A stretch of 64,000 bases of DNA from positions 1 through 64,000 of the forward strand of contig NW_026855732.1 in the NCBI RefSeq assembly GCF_026571515.1. The letters run 5' to 3'. Positions 13,301 through 25,016 of the stretch are shown in pieces (position 1 is the stretch's first letter; each line of letters starts with the position of its first letter). The notes below the pieces were generated by a model. It did no database searches and was not told the DNA's origin. It saw only the letters and a program-made list of their open reading frames with translations. The stretch is from Ruditapes philippinarum (taxonomy: Eukaryota). Made by a program: the position numbers and the translations under genes.

Positions 13301-16300
13301 CAATATTCATGTCTGTTAAATAACATAGGCATCTTATGTTACAACTCATTCGAGAATCAACAATAAGATTATGGAAGCAATATTATTTTACTATTGATAA
13401 ATTATTGTTTTATACAAATATATCATTAGACATAGCTTATTCCCTTCAAAGTGACTTTATAATATTGCCTATCCAAGTAAAATGTTCAGTACAGGTGAAA
13501 GTCAAAGGAACTTTTCATTTTTAGCATAATTGTCTTCAATTTTATAATCTGCTTAAAAAAAAAAACAAAGTCAACAACTGACTGAATCCATAGGAATTTC
13601 TATATAATTATATCTTTTGTAATAAAATGGTAACGTTCACTTGATAAAAAGGCATTTAAAATTATTAATAATTAGTCAATCACCATAATAATATTCAATC
13701 TTTTGGAATATATTGCCAATTCAGCTCAACTTGACAATGGAAAAATGAGCATAATGAGCAGGACCAGGTATACTTGCTCAAATTTACAAAAACTTTTCTA
13801 CATTTTTTATTGTTTTGTGTCTCCTTTAAAAGTTGATGCCACTCTTAAAAGATTGTTTGTTTTCCATGTCTGACCATTACTTTTAGGGTTAAATTGGTAG
13901 GGTTGATAAAGCAATATAATTCATGCTAGTTATGGGACATGACCTAAAATTATGATCTTAAGTAAATATATAAGTTCTGCATTTCATAAAATAAATATAC
14001 AGGCAAAGCATTAAGTTACCCAACTGTTATGCCAATGCCAACCCTGCGGCAGGTAGGAAAGCATCATTATTTTTCGAGTATTAAAGCTAAACACTTGCAA
14101 GCTTTATCACAGACCAATGAATCAATTAATCACAAACATAGCAAAGTGATCTTAAACTATTTAAGAATGATACATAAAATGGACATGAACTACTTACATC
14201 AGGTTGTTTTGTCATATCTCCGCCGTTAGCAATTAGGACTTCAGGGACACTATCATTGTCCCAGTCTGGTAATGCTGCAGCATGATAGGTGTTCCAGTAT
14301 GCTTCAAACATCTCATCATCTTCACAAGTCCACAGTGTCTCACCTTACATGGTATAAAGATAATATCAATGTTATTGGAAACTCGGCAAATGTGGTTTTT
14401 CCAAGCCAAACCCCCTGAACAAACAAACTTTTACTGTTATAGCTTCACAGTGCACTACCGGTCACAACAGATTGGTCAACCTGTTGGGCTTATTTTTGAA
14501 GCTGTAACTATAAAAGTTTGATTGTACCCCTGGATTAGTCAGGAAAAACCAAAAACATTTTTTTATTCCGTAGTAATTCTATTTATAGATCCCTACTTTG
14601 ACCTTTTATTTGAATAACAATAGATTTTACCACAAACATGAATATGTGCTATTTTGTTAACAGATATGTTGCGTTCTTATTGTATCCACTAATATGATAA
14701 AAACAATTAGATAGGTTAAGCCTCTATGCATAACAGATAGTATCATTCTAGCAAAGCTTGGTAGTAACCCTTTTTTTGGCATTCACCAAATCTCCTTTGA
14801 AGGTACAAATATCATTCAAAATCACCCACTAAACTAATCATAGCTTGCATTTCTGGTATTAAAAATATACAAGGAAATCCTTTAATTAAATTTTTTTAAC
14901 ATAAAATTTATATTTTTTTTTTTCAAAACTTGGTTATCAATATTTTCAACACTTTTGCTAGACTAAGTTTACAAATATCTGCTTAACCTGCATTTGCCAA
15001 TTAATTTTGTATATCGTTTAAATCAGAACTTGGCATACTGAAATGGGATTGCTGCTGAAAATGTGAACAAAATAACAACTATCCCCGGTCACCCCTATTT
15101 GTATTTTTGTAAGTTTGCTTACATTTGATATTTTCCTTACGAAAATGAGCAAAGAACTACTACTGTTACTATTTGACAGTCTCTTTACAACAAGGGTTTC
15201 ACCAATTTTCAATCACCAGATTTTCAAAATTTGAGAATTCAGATTTAAAAAGTTGCATTATATGTACATTAAATTTTGGGACCATCGTCGGAACCAATGT
15301 TACACATTCCGTATATACTACATTTAATATGAAACTGGTATACAGTAAATAGCCTGGTTTACCAAGGATGATCTCGGACAATATGACCCAACTTTATGAT
15401 TTTCAACAAAATTCATTACAATCTTAGTTGAGGCCTTTCTTAAACTTGTCAGTATAGAAAATAATTACCTTTGTAAGGATCAAAAGCGGAAATCTGGCCA
15501 GTTCTGCCCGTCACAACACAGTCTTTCTTGCCGTCCTTGTTGATATCAAAATCTTCACAATTCATCGCAAACACCTCTGACCTTGTCTTCAAAGACCACA
15601 ACTGTGAACCATTTATACCACTTACAGCTATGATATTACCCATGCATGGATAGTCTTCTCCTTAAAATATAAAATAATAAAAGCATGTACATGTTTTCTA
15701 AAGACATTCTTTGTTTAACCCATACCATGCTAAATATCATAAATGGACTGGTCTATTTTTTAATTCAGACAAAACCATTCATCATTTTTAGGAAAAATAT
15801 ATAAAGAAGTACTGACAGAATAGTGAACATCACAGACCATGATCAGACAGCGTAGATGTAAATTCAGTCACAGCCAGTGGGCTAAGGGTGAAGAACTAAG
15901 AAATCATGCCACATTTTTTATTTATTAAATTCTAAAACTGTAATTTGTGCAAGATAAGCTAGGAATAGCAAACACTTTCATGGACATTATAGGAACTTTT
16001 TTTTAAACATCAAATTCTGTGAGTCAAGATCATTTTGTTGTCATAGACATTTGAAAATAAAGAAATATACCTGTAGTTTTTAAAACTTACATTTTAATGA
16101 ACTTTAAGGATGTTGATTCATTGCCATCAGAGGATACTTTATAAAAATTTCAACATAATTTACTTTTAATGTAAACAATTATAACTATGATATCTTACTT
16201 AACCAAATAATAAACAACATCCTATATGATTTTATTTGAAAGAATCATTTTCTACTTTACTTGTTACTTACCTCTAAGGTACAAATTATTATCTAAAAAA

Positions 16301-19300
16301 AATTCCCTATAAATCATAAATTAACAAAAATATTATGTAAGAATTTTCTCAATTTTCTTTAGACCCCAAAACTAGTCATAATTATTAACACCTGCGACTC
16401 AAACTAAACTATCAAAAAAGCTGATAAAAACTGATAGTAACTCTCATTATCCCTTACAATGTCAATTAATAAATAATTTTATTAACTACGGTGCTTCCTG
16501 TTCAAAGTACCTATTATAGATACTGTTACAAAGTGGCCGATGAACAAACAATTAACTTAAGCATTGCGTTTTAAAGAACAACTTTTTCTATTATTGAAAC
16601 AGTCTGTTACTTCGGCTACCTCTGGGCTTCTCCTCTAATGACCGTTCACTATATATAAGGCCTTAAATGTCAACTAAAATATCCACATTATTTAAAGTAT
16701 TTTAAAGATCTGTAATTGTATTACACATCAATTATAATACTTTATATTATTATTAATATCATTAATTCAAACTCACCTTTTGATTTACAAACTTTATGTA
16801 GAACATCGTATGTTTTAGCTTGTTCGCTTTGTTGGAATGGTTGACGTAGAGCAGCGGCACTTGCAAATATGATATCATCTATGCCATCATGATCAACGTC
16901 CAACAATCGCACACTTCCCTCGCCAGCTGATAAACATTAAACATTAATCACATGACATTTCTTTGTAATTAAGGTTATGTAAACATTATATTTTTCATTA
17001 TATTACACATCTAGAGCTATCACTTAAGGAAATTCATTTAAAGCACCACCTTAGATACTTACTCCCAAATATGCAAGGCATTGGTTGAGAAACATAGGTT
17101 TATAAACGAAAGTGTAAAATCTATCTTAGCACCAGTGACCTTCAAGCATAATATTAATATTATAATATTAACAATAATAATAACTTTATTTTGAGAAGGT
17201 GACATATTAAGAGTACATAATAAACATACAACTTATTTCCAATATGGCCTTCTGTCTTTAAAATATTTACATATATATATAAACAGAAAACAGAAACAAC
17301 AATAAACGGCAATATACACATATTTATGACACACACTCTTACAAAAATACATAGCATTTTCACAGAAAGAATTAACTTAGAAAACTAGTACTAAAGGATT
17401 TTTTAGTACTTTTAAACTGTATTTTTCATTAAATAATACTTTTATGTTGCACTCAAGCAAATTGTCCTCACATATGCTCAAGCTATATAAAAGGTTTGTT
17501 TACAATATCTTATTCATCGTTCTAAAATATGTAACAGTTTGTATAGAGGGGTATAATTATATGATCCTATACAATAATTAACCCAAGTATTTCCATCCCA
17601 AATAAAAAGGAAGCCTTCAGTGTTCATTAAAATATATGTATTGCTGTAAGAACTTTATATATAATAATACCTAAAATCTAAAAACATACATAAAACTGGG
17701 CACTCACCCATTTCTTTATAGGTAACAGTCCATCCTCCATCTTCCCCAATTGTAATCTGTTTGTCAATAGTCTCTTGTTGTGAAGTCTGGGGATTTATGA
17801 CTTGAACTTCTGATTCTCTTCCAAAGTTTGAAAACAAAACACCAACAACAACCAGTGAAATCAAAACAACAGCAATAGTTACAGAAACAAGAACAATACG
17901 GCATCTCGATTCTTCACGTTCAACACGTTTTATTCTCGTTTCTGGACATAGATTTAGTTCTATTTCTCCCGATTTCTGGAAAAGGACTTTTTCGTCATCC
18001 GACAGAGAAAATTCATCACTATCACTCCCGCTTTGTTTTATTTCACGGTATCGTCCCCCTCGTTTTTTGCCTGTAAAAGGGAAAAAGTTAAACTGTTGTA
18101 TGTTTTGTTTTAGTGACAAGTATATTATCGAGAATATTATATCTCAAATGAGATGTCCAGGTAAAAATATACTACTGTATGATTTTAACTAGAAAGAGAC
18201 AACAAGAGAACGTCTTAATATTCCAAGATGATGTTACATGTAGCATGCTGTAAAGGCAGAGCTAATCAACAACTCAAGTCTGTTTCAAGATTTATCAATA
18301 TAGCTTCGAAATATAATACTGGAACATGTTTCCTGTTCTGTTTTCCAAAATGAAAAAGAAGCTTAAATTAAAACGGTTAAGCTACATGGCCAGTGAGTAC
18401 TTTTTTTAGGAAAATGTAAGGGAACACTAAAGATGTTTTTTATGAAATAAAAATAACAGGATTTTTTTGAAAATGGGCCTTTAACTAAGAATGCTGGGTG
18501 TGATACAAAGCTTGACTTTCACAGTTAGATTTTAATAAGTCTAAATATAAATGGCTGTTAGTTTAAACAATATTTTATTTATAATCCACACATTTACATA
18601 ATAAAGTACATAAATAAAATTAAATATTAAAGTACATAAAATAAAATGGCTGTTATATCTAATGAAATCATTTGAAGTAACAATGGGCAATTTTATAATA
18701 ATGTAAATAAATGATGTACATTTTATTAGGCCCACAGTGTAGACAGCCTTTGTTGCAACTGTGTTGCCTCTTTAAATAAAGACTTAATTATTATAATCAT
18801 TTCGTCCATTCAGAAATAAGGTTTAAAACTATTAATGATGAAGCTGAGCCAAACAATACTCTTGCTCTTCATTAAAATTTAAAAAAAAAATATTTAAAGA
18901 ATATATTTATTACATATCAAAGGTCTGTGGACAAGAATAGGCATGTCTTTTTTCTGTTTTCAATAAATATTCTAAGGTAAAGAAATATCATCCAGTAATT
19001 ATAAACCTGCTAGCACTATAATTTTAATACTCTATAAGTCTTTCACCCAATAGTGAATAACTTTATAGGAGATAGGTCTTTATTATGAATATGTTATCAT
19101 AAGTCTTGTACAAATATAAACAAAGGATCTAAAACGCCACACACTTATATCCACTCAAAACTCAATCGTTATCTATTTTAAATTGTGTATATAGATAAAA
19201 TATTGTGTGTTGTTGAATTTTCTTCAGTGAAGAACAAATTTAATGCACATCATTTTTGATCTTTTGACAACATAGATTTGAAGATGTCATTATAAATTGT

Positions 19301-21209
19301 CAACATACTTTTCTATTACAAATTACTGTGCCTACACTGTTTTATCGCACAAAAATTTGTTAAAACACTTTTGCCAAAAGACAGGTATACCTTTACCTGC
19401 TGAATTTATATAATTGACTCACCCAGCTTTGTATTTGGAACAGTCCATTTAAAGTTGATGGGATTTCAATATACAGAAATTGAACTAACAACAGCATAGA
19501 GGCTGGCCACTAACACTTGAACTTAACATCTATAATATTAGTTGTAAATAGTGATAGATTTCATGTTTCTAATATACTTATCTTGAAAATCATAATACAC
19601 CAAAACATTAGGCCACGCTGTCTTGAGATTTAGAAATTTTTTTCTATCTCCCAATAATGTCCAAACCCTCGAGGGGCATAGACATGTTCACTGGGACGTA
19701 GACATGGAATTATTTTTGATAGAAATAAAACTCAAAATAGGTTTTAGATTACCATACAGTGCTCTGAAATGTTTGTGATTTATTATTCGGCTTATATTAT
19801 GTTTTATGTGCTTTGACAATATTTTAACTTGCCTGATATTTTGTAAACTAAAATGACCATTCATGCTGAATGTTATTTTTTAGCCATTTAATTTTTCAAA
19901 ATTAATTATTATGTCACTCAATTCAGTTCTGCAAAACTTTAAGTTCTCATCCAGTTAAGTTCAATTAATTGTACAATGCGTATAGAGATATTTTGTGTGT
20001 GTAGGCAGGAAGATTCTAACACAGAATAAAACTATCTCGGAATCTAGTAAAAGTATTTTGAGTCTTACATGTAGCTAAGCAAACATAATTTTGACGGCTG
20101 ACCTTAGCCTGGGTCGTTTACTTTTGGCTCTAGCAATAATACTAATGGTTCATGTTAACCAAAATTTTGCAGTGTATTAACCCTTTCCCTCATGAGCATA
20201 TTGTGAAAAATGGCCGTTTCCATTGAAGAGCCTATTGTTACATGTTCAAACTGCTATGAAACTATGAAAAATGCTTCCATACTAATCAAACTTGGCACAA
20301 TTGTTGACTGGACTGTTGCCTTTCTAACGACATGCTCAGTCTTAAATTTCCTGTTACCATGGCAACAAGGGGACATCTTAAAATTGCCAAAAATCACTAT
20401 TTTGCCTTGTTTTTTTCCATCAAAATTTATTTCAAAGGGCTGCAACTTCTCAAGGAATTGAGATACATTGTAGAGTCAAAGGCTTTACAGCGTTGGGTTA
20501 CACGTTACCGTAGGATCGACCTGGGGTCATTTTTAGCCTCTCACAAGTCCAAAATTTTCTTGGCGATGAGGGGGACTGCCGCCCCCCCTTCAAAACCCCC
20601 AAACAGAAGGGGACACTCCCTTCTGGCAACCCCCTGATGTATCTTTTGGATGGGGGGCCGTGCCGAAAAAGTGCTCACTTTTTTAGCAACATTTCTCAAA
20701 CTAAAACATGTGTTTGGGGCCCAAATAGGAATTTTTTTCACTATTTGAGGCCTAAAAGAGGGGGGGGGGTGGAAAGTGCGTTGTTTCGGGTATATATGAG
20801 GTAAAGGTTTAATATCTCATATTAATTAATTGTACTGAATACTTTTTAAAACTGTTCTAATGTGTTTTTCTTTTCTATTATAACAGGGAAAACAGGTGTT
20901 TCAAAATAGAATTCTTTGGTTATAATAAATGTTTATGAAACTATTTCACCTGTCATGTTTATCTATTGACTAATAGATGATAAAATTTGAAGTTAGATTA
21001 AAACAAAAGTATTTTGTTTTGTTGTGATTTAATTTTTTGCTTAGAAAGAGTTTATGTGATCTTATGTAAGAAAAACAAAAGTCTTTGCATTTTTTTTATA
21101 GAAGTTTGATTAAAATTTTCAAAACTTCTGCGTTTCTTAATACTAAAAATAAAATATTTATCGCGAAAATAGATGACAAAAACTTACCTGTACCAAATAA
21201 AGAAGGCAT
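4372..21209 (-). CDS. FAM234 (ITFG3)-like type II membrane FG-GAP beta-propeller protein, 14 coding exons, 917 aa
   Basis: Exons in minus-strand order: 21209-21188, 18070-17708, 16926-16777, 15660-15469, 14343-14198, 13029-12849, 12343-12208, 11004-10840, 10470-10377, 10177-9992, 8342-8273, 7575-7429, 6990-6394, 4676-4372. All introns GT-AG with consistent phases; total 2754 nt. Cytosolic N-terminus with YREI and DDEKVL sorting-like motifs, one TM (IVLVSVTIAVVLISLVVVGVLF), repeated FG-GAP-like loops (DVDHDGIDDII, DINKDGKKDC, DWDNDSVPEV, DYNNDSVKDI, FNDDEYIDF, DVDGDGNLDY). Confidence 0.85.
4764..6052 (+). mobile_element. Helentron-associated non-autonomous element (HINE/DINE-1/pearl-like) with internal satellite array
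   Basis: ATGTCTCCCCC motif near the 5' end (4793-4803); ~8 tandem 145-bp units; (GGAC)n microsatellite 5957-6008; 3' hairpin ATGTCTCCCCC-cgaggt-GGGGGAGACAT (6023-6050). Lies in the last intron of the FAM234-like gene. Confidence 0.75.
4808..5950 (+). repeat. 145-bp tandem repeat, 8 units
   Basis: CA(C/G)TGTGACCTTGACCTTTG recurs at 4808, 4953, 5098, 5243, 5388, 5534, 5679, 5823. Confidence 0.95.
8847..9099. mobile_element. Degenerate MITE with 13-bp inverted repeats
   Basis: ACTCCACTGAGGT (8847-8859) and ACCTCAGTGGAGT (9087-9099); left end preceded by TTAAAGGG, resembling TTAA-targeting elements; right outer end degraded. Confidence 0.55.
9800..9900 (+). repeat. ~17-bp minisatellite
   Basis: About 6 copies of GAACCTGTGATAT(C/T)ATA. 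Confidence 0.85.
11003..11690. repeat. ~30-33-bp degenerate minisatellite at an intron 3' end
   Basis: About 20 copies of CTCTAAAACAGTGAACA(T/G)AAATAT(T)ATAAC-like units; the terminal unit supplies the splice acceptor of exon 11004-10840. Confidence 0.9.
11724..12046. mobile_element. Tc1/Tigger-like MITE
   Basis: TA-CAGTAAAACTT ... GAGTTCTACTG-TA imperfect terminal inverted repeats with TA flanks. Confidence 0.6.
15719..15888. mobile_element. piggyBac-like short dispersed repeat
   Basis: Begins TTAA-CCCAT and ends AAGGG-TGAA; internal ctaaatatc.taaatggact.g...gacaaaaccattcatcatt is also present at ~783-880. Confidence 0.5.
20181..20808. mobile_element. piggyBac-like non-autonomous element
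   Basis: TTAA-CCCTTTCCCTCAT ... ATGAGGTAAAGGT-TTAA: imperfect TIRs with TTAA on both sides; GC-richer than flanks; in intron 1 of the FAM234-like gene. Confidence 0.7.
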
Positions 21210-22388
21210 CGTGGTGAATTAAACAGGGTGTTGTGATATTTAAAAACTCCTAAGTATCTAAATTCCCAAAATAAACAGCCCAGTATCCATGCTGATTTTA
21301 TTTAAGTGAGTTAAACTTTGTTTACAAGACTTGTTTAGATTTCCTTCTGATCAAATCGCTCACTTCCCGGTTGACCCAACAAGGGAGAAAACTGTGATTA
21401 CTGTACAGTAGGCTATCGAAAAATAGTTACATTGAAAACTGACGGTCGAGCTTTTATATTATCTTTTAGCCTATGTAGCAACTTTATTATATTCTGCTGA
21501 CTAGCTGGCTTTATACTGTGCTCAAATAAATTAGAAATAATAGCTGATTTATATTTTTTTTAAATTAATTGTAATGGTTAAAGGCCCATGCATGTCATTG
21601 GCCATTTCCCTATACTGTACCATCATTTGCTGACCTGCTAGTGTTATATGGCAATTAGTACCGTTATTATACTGATTTTTAATATTTTGTATCGAAGTCA
21701 AAATTCTACTTTGTTTACATTGTCAATACAAATGATTTTGCATTCTAGTACTACGTACTTTCTTCAGTTGATTAGCATCTAACATGTTCTAAAACCATTT
21801 CTAATAAATGTAAAACACATGTGTACCTTATCTTAGGAAGGAAAGAAATATTCGTTTCTGAGACATCATGTGCCTTTAATGTATTGAAAACAAAGTAAAT
21901 TAAAGATAAAAAAAGTAAGTAGCTTTAACGTTAAATTCCACATGCTTTTTTATTATGGGTGATTATTTTAAGCACAGAAAATTAAAAATCTACGTTACAA
22001 GCTTCAAATGTTTTGAATCGGAACAACAATTGTTCACTTAAGTATGATTTAGAAGAAGACCGATTGTTTTTGCTCCAATTATTAGTGGTATACATTTCAC
22101 TTGATATGCACTGTAGATTTATTTAAGTAGAAATATTTAAAAAAAGCTTTGTATTTCTGATATGCATATAACGATTTAAAAAGATATGGCCAAGGTCATT
22201 CCGCTTAAAAACAATTTATTTTTGCAGAGAAAATCGGTTTGCACTGTAGCCTTTGTTTCCTGTAAGACCTAAGGAAACATGGAATTTAACTTGGAATGTT
22301 TGATTGCATTACATAATTATATTATTAGTTATATTTTTTAATTTTTATACAAACTCGTCTAGATTTAGAACCAAAATTTAAGCATTAA

Positions 22389-22494
22389 GGTAGAACGCAA
22401 CACTTTGCGAACTTTTGAGTAGCGTCTTGAACAAAAATTGCCAATATTCAAGACGTGACGCTACTCGAAAGTTCGCAAAGTATCGCGTTCTACC
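22389..22494. mobile_element. Short fold-back MITE, TTAA-flanked (Kolobok-like)
   Basis: TTAA-GGTAGAACGC..ACTTTGCGAACTTTTGAGTAGCGTC ... GACGCTACTCGAAAGTTCGCAAAGT..GCGTTCTACC-TTAA; almost the whole element is one hairpin. Confidence 0.75.
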
Positions 22495-22623
22495 TTAATT
22501 TAAAAGTTGATACAAATCAAATTTTGTGGAAATGACCGAAAATTGGAAAGCGTTAAAACGCTTTTCACTCAAATCGGGCTTAGCCCACAAGTATGATTTT
22601 TAATCTATTTATTTTTAAATTTC

Positions 22624-23334
22624 TTTATCACACACCCGTGCCGATTTTGCGACTCCGTAAATATGGTATTGCACGGCCGTGCATATATTTTGACGTGACG
22701 TCATTAGCGTTATACAAACATAGTGTAAAGACGCGCTAAATGTTAGCGTTATATAGAGGATATTGAATGAGTGTAAGTTCAATACTGAATTTATTGCACG
22801 AGTTGAATAAAATTATATTATGCGAGCCTCTGGCGAGCATAATATTATTTTATTCAACGAGTGCAATAAATTCAGTAATGAACTTACACGAATTTAATAT
22901 TCTATTTATCACATACCCAAAATAAAGACCGTTTAAAGTGAAATAAGAGTCATTTTCCGTTGACGCGCCTACAGTAGAACGCTAACATAAAGCGCGTCTT
23001 TACACTATGTTTGCATAACGCTAATGACGTCACGTCAAAATATATGCACGGCCGTGCAATACCATATTTACGGAGTCGCAAAATCGGCACGGGTGTGTGA
23101 TAAACTATTAATAGGCGCGTCAATAAAAAACGACTCTTATTTCACTTTAAACGGTCTTGATTTTGAGTAAGTGATAATTAAATAGAATATTAAATTCGTG
23201 TAAGTTCATTACTGACTTTATTGCACTCGTTGAATAAAATAATATTAGACTCGCCAGAGGCTCGCATAATATAATTTTATTCAACTCGTGCAATAAATTC
23301 AGTATTGAACTTACACTCATTCAATATCCTCTAT
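22624..23334. mobile_element. Two nested, oppositely oriented copies of a palindromic repeat element (A-B-A'-B')
   Basis: A (22624-22750) is the reverse complement of A' (22978-23104); B (22753-22971) is the reverse complement of B' (23112-23334); B is itself palindromic around GCGAGCCTCTGGCGAGC; truncated B copy at 52373-52439. Confidence 0.8.
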
Positions 23335-25016
23335 TTATTATCATTTGCGTATCTTTCTGCATTAAGCGCTTTTAAAAGGTTATCCATGTCAGAAATTCAT
23401 TTTCTTTTTGCTTTTAGGCCTTTGGATCCTTTAAGCTCGGGTTTGAAGGAAGTATAATTTCTAGAATAAAATTCCGCAGCTTTAAATACATAATTTATTC
23501 TTTTATTCAAATTAGACAATTCAGTTAGTATTTCATAAATTTCAATAAATTTCTGTGATAAAAATATTTTACTCTGGGATGAGCATAGTATATCTTTAAG
23601 AGTGTAGCAGTAATTGCAAAGAATATCCATGCGTGGTCACACACGAACATTACCAATGATGATTTATTATTTTATTTTCATTCATTCGGTGTTCTAATGG
23701 TATTTATGTACAAATCTCAAGCTTTTTAGACTTATCATTTCAACATGAAACATATTCTGATAAGAATTCCACTAGATAAATCGTTTGTTTATTAAGTTGC
23801 CGCAGTATATATTTTGCACTTCTGCCAGCAATTTTCCCGGGCTATAGAACGAAGCTCTAAAATCAATACAGGCTGACGTCTTACAATACAGCATATTGTA
23901 TAATATGTCATGCATTATCGATACATATTTGTGATACTTCCTGTGCAATGAAAGTATTGGATATATCTAATTACAATTGTATTTTGTGTCTGTATATATC
24001 TAAAAGTATATGCAAAGCATAATAAAGGCATTTTGCTTGTATAGTGATCAATAAAGCAAAGTTTGGTGAGAAAAGAGAGCAAAACCGGGACAATATAAGC
24101 AGGTTTTTCGTTTTATTTGTTTACAAAATATGTACATTTTGAATAGTATTGATATTAAAATTTGTATGTGATAATTATAAGATAATTATTGGAATAATTA
24201 TGACTAGTCACTTCATTATTTGCGTAGTACTCGTGTATAGAATTTATATATGTTCACGTATCGATTTCTTTAAAAGCAGATGTGTAATAATCGTACAATT
24301 GAATTGATAATAATGAGATAATTTATTACATATATTACTTCTTTATTAAATACAATTAAGTTATTTACTCCTTTTATAAATGAATTATTCACCACTTATC
24401 GATTTTCAATTAATCATTCGGAAACGAATGAATAGAGATATGAAACTAAAATGACGTGTCTGTGGCGTGATTATATTAATAGAAGTCTCATATATTTCTC
24501 TTTCTTGAAATATCTACTTCGCAGAGGAGAAGCGTATAACACTGTAATGGAACTCTCAAGTCAGTTAGATAGGTAAATAGGTAGGAAGGTATAGTTGGGT
24601 ATTTATGTAGGGTAGAGTAGGTCGGTCGGTCGGTAGGTTCTTATGTTGAGTAGGGTAGGTATGTAAAGGTTCTGATCGTAGGGTGGTGAAAAGGTAGGGT
24701 TAGGGTAGGGACCGCTTTCAAAGACTGGATAAATATATATTAATTACTTTTTCAGGATACTCAGTTCTTCTAACTTTTAGTTTGTTCTTTTACTTACTAG
24801 TTAAAATATGAATGGTACAATATTTGTCTCATATATTATGTTAGCAGAACTGAAATGTTTGCGTTATTAATGTTGGTTAATATATAATTACTATTAAATA
24901 AATTCGTTTTTTTTGTTATAGATTTCAAAAATCCTAATATATGTTAATTACTTTTGAAACACTATTCCATTTTACTTTTGTAGGAAAGATTGTTAAGAAT
25001 CGTCGAAGACAAAAGT

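Noticed and set aside
14344-14416. Alternative acceptor at 14415 for exon 5
   Set aside because: Out of frame with the downstream FG-GAP sequence; the acceptor giving exon start 14343 preserves the frame.
20210-20741. Cluster of overlapping 60-100 aa ORFs
   Set aside because: They lie inside a GC-richer TIR element, with no transposase or other recognisable motifs.
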